Shown here piece after piece: positions 39,060 through 49,454 of a stretch of DNA of 64,000 nt. The notes beneath the pieces are model-generated. The model ran no database searches and had not been told where the DNA came from. It saw nothing but the letters and a program-made list of their open reading frames with translations. Source of the stretch: Pseudobdellovibrionaceae bacterium (lineage in GTDB: Bacteria; Bdellovibrionota; FAC87; UBA2466; JACKAF01); assembly GCA_020635235.1 (NCBI GenBank), contig JACKAF010000001.1, positions 178,380 through 242,379 on the forward strand. The letters are read 5' to 3'. Every line of letters starts with the position of its first letter. The first letter of the stretch is position 1. Both the position numbers and the translations under genes were made by a program.

Positions 39060-39124
39060 AAAATCAGCCTTTGGACGAATTCTAAAGTGAGCCCGTTAGA
39101 TTATACTTGATGGAGGGAGGGCCA

Positions 39125-39868
39125 ATGAAACTAGTTTTCTTAATAAGTGCCGTTCTTGCGGTCGCCCCGACCCTCTCCTTTGGCAAAAATGACAGCTTTG
39201 AAAGCCCTTCGCGGCAAGCGCACTTGCTAGAGCTTTTCAGTACCCAAAGCTGCAGCAGCTGCCCACCCGCACAACGCTGGGTATCCGGACTGAAGGAAGA
39301 AAAGACCTTGTGGAAGAATTTTGTTCCGGTTGTTTACCACGTAGACTATTGGGATTATCTAGGTTGGAAAGATCCTTACTCACAAAAAAGCTATACACGC
39401 CGACAACACGGGTATGCACAACAATGGAAGTCATCTCGGGTCTACACTCCGATGTTCGTGTTGGACGGCAAGGAATGGCGGGATCGATCCACAACCAAAC
39501 TCAATGAAGTGGGATCCGATAGCGGCGTCCTCAAGGCAGACCGAGGCAAAGGACTGCAATTTACGGTTACTTTTAGACCTTCAAGAAACCGCAAAGACAG
39601 ACTGATCGTTTTCGCAGCACTTCTCGGGAATGAAATAGCCACCAACGTAACGTCCGGAGAAAACGGTGGAAAAGTATTGAAACACGATTTCCTGAGTCTG
39701 GATTTGCAGCAGAGCAATGCGGTAGAGAAAAATGGAGTCTACCAGGCCAGTTTTGATTTTAAGACCGCTCCCAAAGAAGTCACAAACTTGGGAGCTTCAT
39801 TTTGGATTACGACCTCCAACGGGACGGTACTACAGGCCGTTGGCGGCAATCTTTCGAAGGGAGAATAA
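39125..39868 (+). CDS. DUF1223 family thioredoxin-like secreted protein
   Basis: Signal peptide. [15 protein letters not shown] and [16 protein letters not shown] motifs characteristic of DUF1223. SD GGAGGGAGGG upstream. Confidence 0.65.
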   Translation: MKLVFLISAVLAVAPTLSFGKNDSFESPSRQAHLLELFSTQSCSSCPPAQRWVSGLKEEKTLWKNFVPVVYHVDYWDYLGWKDPYSQKSYTRRQHGYAQQWKSSRVYTPMFVLDGKEWRDRSTTKLNEVGSDSGVLKADRGKGLQFTVTFRPSRNRKDRLIVFAALLGNEIATNVTSGENGGKVLKHDFLSLDLQQSNAVEKNGVYQASFDFKTAPKEVTNLGASFWITTSNGTVLQAVGGNLSKGE

Positions 39869-39869
39869 C

Positions 39870-40967
39870 ATGAAACGGTACGTGTTAGCGGCGTTCCTAT
39901 CCATAGTGACCTTGAACGCGTTGGGAGCCACAAAAGAAAAAAAGTCCACAACTTCCAAAACCGAGACCGCCACCTTTTCCGGTGGATGCTTCTGGTGCAT
40001 GGAATCGCCTTTTGAAAAACTCGACGGTGTTTCCGCTGTTATCTCCGGCTACACAGGTGGGACCGTGAAAAACCCCACCTACGAACAAGTATCAAGCGGC
40101 TCAACAGGACACATCGAGACCGTTCAGATCACCTATGACCCCACCAAAGTGAGTTATGAAGATCTTCTCCACGTCTTTTGGCGGAATATCGACCCGACAG
40201 ACGGAGGCGGGCAATTTGTGGATCGTGGTGGGCAATATGTATCAAAAATCTTTTACCACAACAAAGAGCAGCAGAAGGCCGCCGAGGCCTCCAAAAAAGC
40301 CCTGCAAGAATCCAAAAGATTCAGTAAGTCTATAGTGACTGGGATTGTTCCTGCTGTGACGTTTTACCCAGCGGAGGAGTATCACCAGGATTACTACAAG
40401 AAGAACCCGATTCGGTACAAGTACTACCGCTACCGATCCGGACGGGATCAGTTCTTGGACAAGACTTGGGGAGAAGAGCGGTATTCGCACCGCAAAGCGG
40501 AAAATTCAAAGTATCAGAAACCGGAGGGTTCAAAATTGAAAGAGAAACTTAGCAAATTGCAATACCATGTGACCCAGGAAAACGGCACCGAAGCCCCGTT
40601 CAAGAACGAATACTGGAACAACAAAGAAGCGGGCATCTACGTGGACATCGTCTCGGGCGAACCTCTTTTCAGCTCAGTTCATAAATACGATTCAGGTACC
40701 GGCTGGCCGTCCTTCTACCAGCCCTTGGAAAAAGCAAACGTGGTCGAGAAGTCGGACAATACACTGTTCATGAGACGCACCGAAGTCCGATCCAAGAATG
40801 GCGATTCTCATTTGGGACACGTATTCGACGACGGCCCACAGCCAACAGGGCTTCGCTATTGCATCAATTCAGCGTCCCTGCGGTTTATCGCAGTCGCCGA
40901 CTTGGAAAAGGAAGGCTACGGCCAGTACGCAGCTCTCTTCTCAGGGCAGCAAGTGAGCAAGAAATAA
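39870..40967 (+). CDS. msrAB: secreted bifunctional peptide methionine sulfoxide reductase MsrA/MsrB fusion
   Basis: Signal peptide. MsrA active site [11 protein letters not shown]. Msr[12 protein letters not shown] and a CxxC zinc site. Start 2 nt after the DUF1223 stop, with SD AAGGGAGA. Confidence 0.9.
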   Translation: MKRYVLAAFLSIVTLNALGATKEKKSTTSKTETATFSGGCFWCMESPFEKLDGVSAVISGYTGGTVKNPTYEQVSSGSTGHIETVQITYDPTKVSYEDLLHVFWRNIDPTDGGGQFVDRGGQYVSKIFYHNKEQQKAAEASKKALQESKRFSKSIVTGIVPAVTFYPAEEYHQDYYKKNPIRYKYYRYRSGRDQFLDKTWGEERYSHRKAENSKYQKPEGSKLKEKLSKLQYHVTQENGTEAPFKNEYWNNKEAGIYVDIVSGEPLFSSVHKYDSGTGWPSFYQPLEKANVVEKSDNTLFMRRTEVRSKNGDSHLGHVFDDGPQPTGLRYCINSASLRFIAVADLEKEGYGQYAALFSGQQVSKK

Positions 40968-42494
40968 CTATTCGAACAAAGAGGCCGCCGGAACCACCTT
41001 AATCTGTGCGGCCTCGACACCCACATCATAAACGGCGATCTTCTTGTCTTCTTCCGAAATCTCTGCAGGGACCTCAACTCCGTCCTTGTAAGTTATCTCG
41101 CACTTGTCGCTTGAGATCTCTTTGGAGAAGGCATCCGTGTCCTTGGTGACTACCACCATTTGCAGACTCTCCGGCTGAACATACTTCTTGATCGCTGCGT
41201 TCACTTGCTCGTGCGTCAGCTCACTGACTTTGGCCTGAAGGTTCGCGAGGTAATCCCCGGTAACCCCATAGAACTCAGAGTCGATAGAGATCCCCAAACG
41301 CTTTTCGATACCGGCAGCGGTAATCGGTATATTGCCGATGAGATATTTTTGAACGCGTTTGAATTCCTCTTCGGTTATTCCCTCGTTGGCGAGCTTTGTC
41401 GTCTCACGGGCTAGGAGTCGCAGCAGAAAACACCCGTTTTCGGCCGTCGTGGGACGTCCCCAAACCGTGAAGGCCTGCTGGCTGCGCGCGACCTGGGTTT
41501 GCTCCGAAAGATAGCGGCCGCCGTTTGGAAATTCCTCAATATAGGAATAGGTGCCGTAGTTCATGCTGCGGATCTCACGGACAATGCGCATCAAACGGCC
41601 GACAAAATCACGGTGCTTGCCGTAAGCATTGTTGGCGAGAAACATCGCAGGAAAATCAGCACTCGCGCGAGTCAAGCTCGTCGGGTGTCCCAGATGCACG
41701 CCGGTTCCTTCGAAATCACCCTTCACCAAAGTAAGGGTACGCGCCGTATGCGCTGGAGCGGCCGGCAAAGTGGCTTTGGCAGACTCACCCTCTGGCAAAC
41801 TATCATTGAAGACCTTTACAGCAGCCTCAAGATCCCCACCGATAACACCGGTCACACCCACCGTCAGTCGTTGCTTGGTGTAGAGTTTCGCGGCAAATTC
41901 CTTTACATCTTCAATAGTCGTCGCTTCCACCCCGGCCAGTGTGCCCTCCACGACGTGAGAGTATGGGTGTGCAGGGCCATACATCACTCGCTCCAAGGCG
42001 GCTTTGCCGAGCTCTTCCTGATCCTGCTGCGGCCACTTTTGGGTAAGAGAGAGCTTAGTCTCCTCTTTGATGCGCTTGAATTCGACCGGATCAAGAGCGG
42101 GCGCTTGCAGCACCTGGCGAAGAAGCGCAAAGACACGGTCTCCATTCTCCGCAGTTGCCATTACAGAAAACGAGGTTTGCTCTTTGTTCACGGAAACGGA
42201 AATATCTGCCGCCAAGGGGAAGAGTACCTTCTCCAACTCGGGTCGAGTCAAAGCGGGCAAATCTCCCAGCGCTTTCACACCGCCTTCACGAACCAGACGC
42301 GCCGTCAGATTTGCAAGACCCTGACGGGCCTGCGGATCATCTGCCGAACCAGCGCGGAACGTAATGTTGAAAACGGTCAGCGGTAAATCGTTGTTTTTCT
42401 CCAAGAGCACCTTCCCCAAACAAGATGGACTATAAAAAACGCTCCCGGCTAAAGCCAGAACCACAAAGCCCAATCCAAATAGCTTCTTGTTCAT
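40968..42494 (-). CDS. M16 family peptidase-like protein (probable non-catalytic subunit)
   Basis: Signal peptide. Overall M16 (insulinase-like) pattern but no HxxEH motif. Paired with the catalytic paralog upstream. Confidence 0.65.
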   Translation of the reverse strand: MNKKLFGLGFVVLALAGSVFYSPSCLGKVLLEKNNDLPLTVFNITFRAGSADDPQARQGLANLTARLVREGGVKALGDLPALTRPELEKVLFPLAADISVSVNKEQTSFSVMATAENGDRVFALLRQVLQAPALDPVEFKRIKEETKLSLTQKWPQQDQEELGKAALERVMYGPAHPYSHVVEGTLAGVEATTIEDVKEFAAKLYTKQRLTVGVTGVIGGDLEAAVKVFNDSLPEGESAKATLPAAPAHTARTLTLVKGDFEGTGVHLGHPTSLTRASADFPAMFLANNAYGKHRDFVGRLMRIVREIRSMNYGTYSYIEEFPNGGRYLSEQTQVARSQQAFTVWGRPTTAENGCFLLRLLARETTKLANEGITEEEFKRVQKYLIGNIPITAAGIEKRLGISIDSEFYGVTGDYLANLQAKVSELTHEQVNAAIKKYVQPESLQMVVVTKDTDAFSKEISSDKCEITYKDGVEVPAEISEEDKKIAVYDVGVEAAQIKVVPAASLFE

Positions 42495-43885
42495 TGTACT
42501 TTCCCTCTCAGCGTTACTGTAGTCCGCTTGGTATTGACCAAATACTTCTTGGCGAATGCCGCCACATCGGACGGCTGTACTTCGTCAATTCGTTGAAACA
42601 CGCGATCGAGTACCTCGAAGTCGGCCTCAAAGTTTGTGTACCAATTGATTTGGCCTGCCAAAGAGTCAGGTGCACTGAACCACTGGGTCAACGCGGCATT
42701 ACGCGCGCGCATTTTTGCCGACGTCAGCTCCGCCGTGTCTACCGGCGAATTTTTGATTTTCTCCATCTCGTCCAAAACTGCCTGCTTGAGTTCCGCTTCT
42801 TTGTCTTTACCGGCCTCCGAAAGGACCAATTCGACCTTCCACAGCCCCGGATCAACGGTCTCAAAGGGGAATGCAGAAACAGAATCTAACCAGCCTTTTT
42901 CAAAGCGATAGATTTTCTGGAACTCAGATGTCTCCGAGAAGTAAACGTCGGCGATGAGCTTGAGCGCGGCGTTTTCAACGTCTTTGGTACCAAAGGCAGG
43001 TACTTTGTGTGCAATTGCTATTCGTGTAGGTGTTGCAGACGGAAACTCAACGGCTTTGGAACGTTCATCGTTCTGCTCAGACTCCGGCGTTACCTCCTGC
43101 GGGAGTTCGGCAGGGTTTTCCCAGGCTCCGAAATTGGCGCGGATAAGCTCCAGCGCTTTATCGAATTCAATATCTCCCACTAGTACGATCCGCACGTTTG
43201 AAGGACGGTAGTAGCGCTTAAAGAACGGCCACACATCCTGGTACCGATTCGGGTACTGCTCAATGTCCGCCTTGTAACCCAAAGTCGTATGACCGTAGGT
43301 GTGGGACTTATAGGCAAGTTCCTGCATGGTCTCTTCCATCAGGAAGCCGGGATCGGACGCGCTTTTTAGGTATTCACCCATCACCGCGCCGGCCTCAGCC
43401 TTCAGCGCGGCTTCGGAAAAATCCAAGTTTTGAAAACGATCGGCCTCGGCCGCCAGGATTTTGTCCAGATACCGAGAGGCGACTTTGCCGTGGTAATTGG
43501 TCATGTCGTACCAAGTCCAAGCGTTGTAACTCACGCCGTTTTCCGTATAAATCGCACCAAATTCCTGCGAGCTAAGGGTTTTTGTTCCCCGGAACATCAG
43601 ATGTTCAAAGAAGTGTGCAAAACCGCTCTTGCCTTTCTCCACTTCGTTTCTCGAGCCGACTCGCACACCCAGCTGGTACGCGACAACACCGGTGCTCGGG
43701 TATTTCACCAAAAACACCTTCAGCCCGTTCTCCAAAGTCGCGGTCTGGTGCGGAAGAGTGAGAATGCTCTTAGATGCTCGGTTCACGTTCGCTCCCATCC
43801 CGTTTGTAGAATTCTTGGTGCAGGCAACCAGCAGACATAGGCCTAGGCTCGCTACGCCGAAAAACAGACTAGATTTTCCCATCAT
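42491..43885 (-). CDS. M16 family zinc peptidase (pitrilysin-like, catalytic)
   Basis: Signal peptide. Inverted zinc motif HFFEHLMFRGT (HxxEH) with downstream E residues. 4-bp overlap with the partner gene. Confidence 0.75.
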   Translation of the reverse strand: MMGKSSLFFGVASLGLCLLVACTKNSTNGMGANVNRASKSILTLPHQTATLENGLKVFLVKYPSTGVVAYQLGVRVGSRNEVEKGKSGFAHFFEHLMFRGTKTLSSQEFGAIYTENGVSYNAWTWYDMTNYHGKVASRYLDKILAAEADRFQNLDFSEAALKAEAGAVMGEYLKSASDPGFLMEETMQELAYKSHTYGHTTLGYKADIEQYPNRYQDVWPFFKRYYRPSNVRIVLVGDIEFDKALELIRANFGAWENPAELPQEVTPESEQNDERSKAVEFPSATPTRIAIAHKVPAFGTKDVENAALKLIADVYFSETSEFQKIYRFEKGWLDSVSAFPFETVDPGLWKVELVLSEAGKDKEAELKQAVLDEMEKIKNSPVDTAELTSAKMRARNAALTQWFSAPDSLAGQINWYTNFEADFEVLDRVFQRIDEVQPSDVAAFAKKYLVNTKRTTVTLRGKVQ

Positions 43886-43982
43886 TTGCTCCTGAAGCTA
43901 TAATCACCGCATACCGGAATCCCGAAGGGATGGGAAGCTCGCAAACAACAGGAATTAAATATCTGTAATTACTAGTATTTTT

Positions 43983-44006
43983 AATTGTGCCCGACTCGGC
44001 ACAATT
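43983..44006. promoter_or_regulatory. perfect 9-6-9 inverted repeat AATTGTGCC-N6-GGCACAATT in a divergent promoter region
   Basis: Read directly. A further ACAATT half-site lies 8 nt downstream. Located between the M16 operon and NHL copy 2. Confidence 0.35.
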
Positions 44007-44055
44007 CCCCTACAATTGCGTGTCATACTCAGAGGACTAATCTGAGGCACGTTGA

Positions 44056-47000
44056 TTGTTCCAAAAAAGCTTACAAATTCTCAAATCCCTCTCCTTTGTA
44101 TGTCTGATTATGGCCAGCCCTGCCTGCCTTAAGCTCAACGATAGCGGTGCGAGCTCAGGCGGCGACGGCGAAGACTTGGCGAGTATTCCCACCTCTGGCA
44201 CGGGCCGCAATGCGACCGTTATCGCCACGGCGACGAACAGTTTGGCCCGGTGTAGTTTCACCCAAATGGGTCTCGTGGAATTTTCCCTAGAGTGCGCGGT
44301 CGTAGTCGTCCAGAACAATCAGGAGTTGGTAGCCAACGAAGCTGAAAATGTTGAGTTCAACTGGGGTACGCCCAGTCGCGTTTCCGGCGCGGAAATTCTC
44401 ACTTCGACCTGCGAATCCGGTTACAAGAACTTGAGCCACAATTGCGATCTCGTATTAGACGAGCCCCGAACGACTGAAGTCGAAGTCGGCTTGTTGCGAA
44501 CAAACACCGTAACGACAGAAGCGGATGAGTTATCCGCACTCGTTTTGCTCGCCTATTCAGTTTCTTCCTATGGCTTGGTTCCGCAAATACCGATCGCGTT
44601 CAACCCTGGCCCGCGCGGACTGCTCGGTTTGAGCGGCAAAGACCGATCGGAAATGGGCTTCGCCACCCGAAGTTTTGTGGCGGACAACATCTCAGTCGAT
44701 GAGATCAAGTCGCAGTGCTGGGACGGCACCCACAAGATCTCTACTGAAGGCTACATCTATTCCCGAAACGCCACTACCGGACGAGCGGAAATCTTCGCGG
44801 GTACCGCGAACACGCTAAACACTTTGGATTATCCGAACACCGAACACCGCCTGCGCGTTCACTTTGAGCCGGGAGATCTCTTCCTGGCGTGTAGTCCCGC
44901 CAAACCCAATCTCCTCTATGTTCTAGTCCGTCAAAAGGGTGTCGACCCCAACGGCTATTACGTTCCGGATGCGCTCCTAAAGATATATAAAATAGAGAAC
45001 GACATGGTTTCGGTGGTCGTTCGCGCTAATCCCGGCGAAGGCGAGTACAACTGGTTAACGCCCCCCCTTGTCGAGGCCGCGGTGAACGCCAACCTCGATT
45101 CTTTAGGCGGCGGTGCCGTTGGCGACGATGGTGCACTTTATTTTTCCGAACCCGGACGCGGTATCGTGCGAAAGCTGGACGCCGACGGTGGCAACATCCA
45201 CCTTTACGCCGGCGCTGGCCCTTGTGCCACCTACAATCCGGATCCTGATGAAAATGGAAACGATCAAAACCCTCCGTGGTGCACGTTTACCGGAAATGGT
45301 TATCTCGATGGCCCCATCAGCCAATCTTTGCTCAGCTCGCCCAAGGGCTTGGCTTATCACAACGGCAAACTCTACATTGCCGATGAAATGAATCGCCGGA
45401 TCCGTGTCGCGGAAAATGGAATGGTTTCGACATTCGCTGGCGGTGGCACTCAAACCACTGACGGTGCGAGCCCGTTGGCCGCGCAGTTGGGTTACCTTCA
45501 AGATGTCAGTGTTGACTCTGCCGGTACTATTTATATTGCCGACTCCGATGTGAACCGGATCAAGAAGATTGAAAATAACCAGGTCATAACGATTGTTGGC
45601 TCAGGCGACGAAGGAAACCCTTCGCACGGAGACAGCGCTCTTTCGGCTGCCGTCTTTCATCCCTTTTCAGTGGTGTCGGGTAGCCCTTCACAGGTTTATT
45701 TTGCTTTTCAGTTGTTTGAACAAGTCTCGCCGGCTCCAAACGGGAGGCGAGTTTTTGGTTTGAATGAAAGCAACGAGCTCAAAGTTGTTTTTGGCGAGGC
45801 CACCATAGATTTGAATTTGAGCCCAGATACCCGCTTTGCGCAGTTAAGAGAAGCGTCTGGCATCGCCTTTCACCCGAATGGAGACATTTACTACACGGAC
45901 GCCCAGAACCATCTCGTCATGCGGATTCACAAAGGAAGTAGAGGACAGGACGTCGTCAGTCGATTTGCGGGCATTGGGCTAAGTGGCTGCACGAATGTTC
46001 TCGGTGGCAATCCGGCTACCCTAGTATTGAATGAACCGACCGGTATCGCCATTACCGAAAACGGTGATATTTTTGTGAGCGACACAGGAAACCATCGTAT
46101 CCTCAAATTCCACGAAGGTTTGTTTGTGTACAACATCTCTCGGGCGACTGGACTAAATTGTAATGAGAGTCCGTTTGCTCCATACTACAATGGCTATAAC
46201 GAGCCCCTGTACGACGAAGAAGGAAATGAAATTCCGCAACCTCCAGCGGTTTGCGGCATCTACACGCCGTACCCGACAGCCATGACGGCAGACCCCTCTG
46301 GCAACGTCTTTGCTATCTTGGGCGCTTCCCAGGAAATCGTAAAAATCCCTGCTGAAGGCGCCCCTCGCTACTACGTAGGTGGGTGCGATTCCATTGCAAC
46401 TCTCCCCACGCGTGAAAAGCTCATCGGAATTACTTCCGACGGTGATGGAAACATTTACGTTTCGGACGCCGAGACTTCAAAAATCCACCGAATTGGAAGC
46501 GATAACGTCGGCGTCACCATCGCCGGTACCGGAACGCGTGGAAGTGCAGGCGACGGAGGCCCGGCTCTCAGCGCTCAATTTGAGTACCCCGCCGCACTGG
46601 CGTACGACAATGATCGCCTTTATGTTGCAGACGGCGGAAGCGCCATCGTGCGCATGCACATGGCTGATGGTGCGGCCAATCCCGACTTCAGCGATATCCC
46701 ACCGGGGTATGACATATCTTCTGGAAGCACGCGGATCCGTGTGATCGAAACTCAACAAGATACAACGCTTCGCGTTAGTTTGCTTGTGGGTGGCCGCCTG
46801 AATAACACTTGCGGAACAGGTACTGTCCAGGGTTCCAGTGAATCCTCAAACCTATTCGATCAATTGAGTGCCAGTTTGTCCAACTACTGCCGCGCACGCA
46901 TCCGAGCGCTTGCCGGCAAAAACACGTGCGACGCAGAGCAGAACCAGACTTCGCTCGTTTTCGCGCAAAGCTTTTCTTCCGTCTACGAGAACGAAATCCT

Positions 47001-47064
47001 CGAAGCCTTCTCCCGTAACGCGCCGTCCTCAAACGTCATCAAGGTGGATCGACAGTGCTTTTAA
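44056..47064 (+). CDS. giant NHL-repeat secreted lipoprotein (copy 2) with Cys-rich C-terminal domain
   Basis: 1002 aa. Signal peptide with ASPAC. NHL repeats (YIADSDVNRIKKI, FVSDTGNHRILKF, YVSDAETSKIHRI). C-terminal region aligns with copy 1 and ends ...KVDRQCF. Confidence 0.7.
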   Translation: MFQKSLQILKSLSFVCLIMASPACLKLNDSGASSGGDGEDLASIPTSGTGRNATVIATATNSLARCSFTQMGLVEFSLECAVVVVQNNQELVANEAENVEFNWGTPSRVSGAEILTSTCESGYKNLSHNCDLVLDEPRTTEVEVGLLRTNTVTTEADELSALVLLAYSVSSYGLVPQIPIAFNPGPRGLLGLSGKDRSEMGFATRSFVADNISVDEIKSQCWDGTHKISTEGYIYSRNATTGRAEIFAGTANTLNTLDYPNTEHRLRVHFEPGDLFLACSPAKPNLLYVLVRQKGVDPNGYYVPDALLKIYKIENDMVSVVVRANPGEGEYNWLTPPLVEAAVNANLDSLGGGAVGDDGALYFSEPGRGIVRKLDADGGNIHLYAGAGPCATYNPDPDENGNDQNPPWCTFTGNGYLDGPISQSLLSSPKGLAYHNGKLYIADEMNRRIRVAENGMVSTFAGGGTQTTDGASPLAAQLGYLQDVSVDSAGTIYIADSDVNRIKKIENNQVITIVGSGDEGNPSHGDSALSAAVFHPFSVVSGSPSQVYFAFQLFEQVSPAPNGRRVFGLNESNELKVVFGEATIDLNLSPDTRFAQLREASGIAFHPNGDIYYTDAQNHLVMRIHKGSRGQDVVSRFAGIGLSGCTNVLGGNPATLVLNEPTGIAITENGDIFVSDTGNHRILKFHEGLFVYNISRATGLNCNESPFAPYYNGYNEPLYDEEGNEIPQPPAVCGIYTPYPTAMTADPSGNVFAILGASQEIVKIPAEGAPRYYVGGCDSIATLPTREKLIGITSDGDGNIYVSDAETSKIHRIGSDNVGVTIAGTGTRGSAGDGGPALSAQFEYPAALAYDNDRLYVADGGSAIVRMHMADGAANPDFSDIPPGYDISSGSTRIRVIETQQDTTLRVSLLVGGRLNNTCGTGTVQGSSESSNLFDQLSASLSNYCRARIRALAGKNTCDAEQNQTSLVFAQSFSSVYENEILEAFSRNAPSSNVIKVDRQCF

Positions 47065-47111
47065 GCGCTGGCCGTTGAGTACCGATAAGATCCTGAAACA
47101 ACTTAATTTTA

Positions 47112-49454
47112 GTGAATAAGACAAAGTCATTTTGGAACCGCTTTGCCCCCCGGGACATTTCCTTGCAGCGGGGGCTTGTGATCGTAGCAGTCTGCACGGC
47201 GGCGTTTTCAGGTTTGTACTCCTCACAATGGGGAGAGCGCATCGAACGACGAGCCGCACATCCTATCGCGTTTCAGATCCGGCATTTGCTCGGCATGGAT
47301 CCGAAGATCGATCCGCGCCTTAAGGTGTACGCCTTTGATGACTCCACACTTAAGTACGTCGACGAAGAGGATCTCACCCTCAAGCAGTGGGCCGACACGT
47401 TGGAAAGTTTCATAAAGGCGAATCCGAAGGCAGTGATTATTCCGAAATTGTTTGGGACTCCGAGCGGCCGAGAGTATGCAAAACATTTCGAGAAAAGAAT
47501 TCAGCAACTCCCGTTCCCCGTCATCACCGCGGCTGTGTTGACTCACGACGCTTCCCGGGCACCCCTAAGAATGGAGCAAGATTTTTCAGACCTGGAAAGC
47601 CTAGCGGCGGCTGGAAAATTTCAGGAAACTCTACAATCGCTGACGCTTCCCAAAGCAAGCGATCTGAATCCCATAGGACCTCACCCAACTATTGAAAAAG
47701 CCTTCTCACACGTTGGCCATATCAATTACTATGACGATTTCTTCTTTGAAACTTTTGTCCGAGTTAATGAAAAAAAAGCTCTGCCTGCGGCGCCTCTGCT
47801 GCTGGCAGACACTCTATATTTTGACGACGGGGATCTTTATGCGGACGGAACAGAAATACCGACCGACAGCCGTGGTCGAGTTCTCATTAACATGGGAGAC
47901 CCCTCAAAGTACTACGAGCGGATCTACGCGCTGAAAAGCGTGATCAAAAGAGCGTCCCAAGGAGAGCAGGTCACCACATTACCGGATAACTCCGTGGTAC
48001 TTCTCCTTTTTATGTTTTCGCCAAACGTAGACATGACACAGTCGCCTTTTGGTCCCATCCCTGAGGGCCTGGTTTTAAACGCATTCGTCAATAGCGTCCT
48101 GACAAAACAGTGGGTTCGCTTTTTGCCTATGGGTGTTTTCTGGGTGGCGGTTTTCTGTTTAATCGGTGGCGCTCTAGGGCTGTACTTTCAAGGAAGTCAG
48201 TTTTGGATCACGCTGGCGGCAGGGACCTTTTCCATTTTCGTTGCCGGCTGCGCGGCCTTTTCCTATGGGTCTATCCATACTCCATGGTTTTTCTCCGGTC
48301 TGGGACTCTTGACCACCGGGGCGACGGTATTTCTAGAAAAGTATCGGCTAATCGACAAAAAAACTCGTCGTGTTCGGGCTGCATTGGACGGCTTGGTTCC
48401 TCAGCGACAACTTCTCGAAATAATCAAACAACCCCTTGCAGAATTAACCAAACCCTCAGAACACGTCACTACAATCATGTTTATCGACGTGATCGGTTTT
48501 TACCTAACGGCTGAGACGCAAGCACCGGCAAACGTTTTCCTCTCACTGAAAGACCTGCTTTCCCGCTTAACAAACACCATTCATAGTTTTGATGGAATCG
48601 TCGACAAAACCACTGGAGACGGGATGCTGTGCTTTTTTGGTTATGACTACGTAACCGGAAAAGTAGATCCAGAGCACGCCAATAAAGCGCTGGCCTGCGC
48701 TATCGAGATCCAGCGAACAAGCCTGGAACTCAATCTAAAGGCGCACGAAAATCACAAAGCCCTCTTCCCCTTGCGCATCGGACTCAATACGGGGAACGTT
48801 TTTATCGGTGATTTGGGGAACTCTCAGCGAATGGATTTCACCATCATCGGTCATGCTATTAATTTTGCGAAAAGGCTTGAAAGCGCCTGCGAAGACTACT
48901 GCGTAATGTTAGGCGCCTCCACTTATGACTTGATTTCCCTGGAGCCCGAGGGAGTGGGAATCAAGAAGAAGATGTTGCAGATCAAGCACTACCAGGAACT
49001 GATTGAAGGGTACGAAGTAGATCCACTGGCCCAACTGCAGGAACAACGGCAGGCCGCACTGAGCGCCTACTGGAACTTCGCACACAAGGCTCAGCACAGT
49101 CCACGCTGGGAAGTACCAGAGAGCGTCCGAATAGAGGCCATCACAAAAACCCACGGCAAAGGTCGAGTCGTTAATTTTTCCTTAGGTGGAATGGCAATCG
49201 AACTGGATCAGTACCTCGCCCGCGGAGTAATTCTCGAGTTTCATATCGAATCCCAATCACCAGAACTAATCGAACAGCTAAAGAAGATCGGACTGCCTTC
49301 TTTGGTGGGAGAAATCCGCTGGGGGCGTCCCAAGAGCAACGGATTATACCTGCATGGGGTCGCGCTGCAAAATCTTACGGAAGATCAATCTAAGGAAATC
49401 CAACGTATTCTCCGCTCGACGGTGACCTCCACAACGCTCCGAAAAACGGGCTAA
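47112..49454 (+). CDS. CHASE2 sensor, class III adenylate/guanylate cyclase, C-terminal PilZ-like domain (copy 2)
   Basis: GTG start. Same architecture as 16508-18790 (RLKVYAFDD..., IMFIDVIGF...GDGMLCFFG). C-terminal VNFSLGGMAIE is a canonical PilZ DxSxGG-type motif. Confidence 0.75.
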   Translation: MNKTKSFWNRFAPRDISLQRGLVIVAVCTAAFSGLYSSQWGERIERRAAHPIAFQIRHLLGMDPKIDPRLKVYAFDDSTLKYVDEEDLTLKQWADTLESFIKANPKAVIIPKLFGTPSGREYAKHFEKRIQQLPFPVITAAVLTHDASRAPLRMEQDFSDLESLAAAGKFQETLQSLTLPKASDLNPIGPHPTIEKAFSHVGHINYYDDFFFETFVRVNEKKALPAAPLLLADTLYFDDGDLYADGTEIPTDSRGRVLINMGDPSKYYERIYALKSVIKRASQGEQVTTLPDNSVVLLLFMFSPNVDMTQSPFGPIPEGLVLNAFVNSVLTKQWVRFLPMGVFWVAVFCLIGGALGLYFQGSQFWITLAAGTFSIFVAGCAAFSYGSIHTPWFFSGLGLLTTGATVFLEKYRLIDKKTRRVRAALDGLVPQRQLLEIIKQPLAELTKPSEHVTTIMFIDVIGFYLTAETQAPANVFLSLKDLLSRLTNTIHSFDGIVDKTTGDGMLCFFGYDYVTGKVDPEHANKALACAIEIQRTSLELNLKAHENHKALFPLRIGLNTGNVFIGDLGNSQRMDFTIIGHAINFAKRLESACEDYCVMLGASTYDLISLEPEGVGIKKKMLQIKHYQELIEGYEVDPLAQLQEQRQAALSAYWNFAHKAQHSPRWEVPESVRIEAITKTHGKGRVVNFSLGGMAIELDQYLARGVILEFHIESQSPELIEQLKKIGLPSLVGEIRWGRPKSNGLYLHGVALQNLTEDQSKEIQRILRSTVTSTTLRKTG

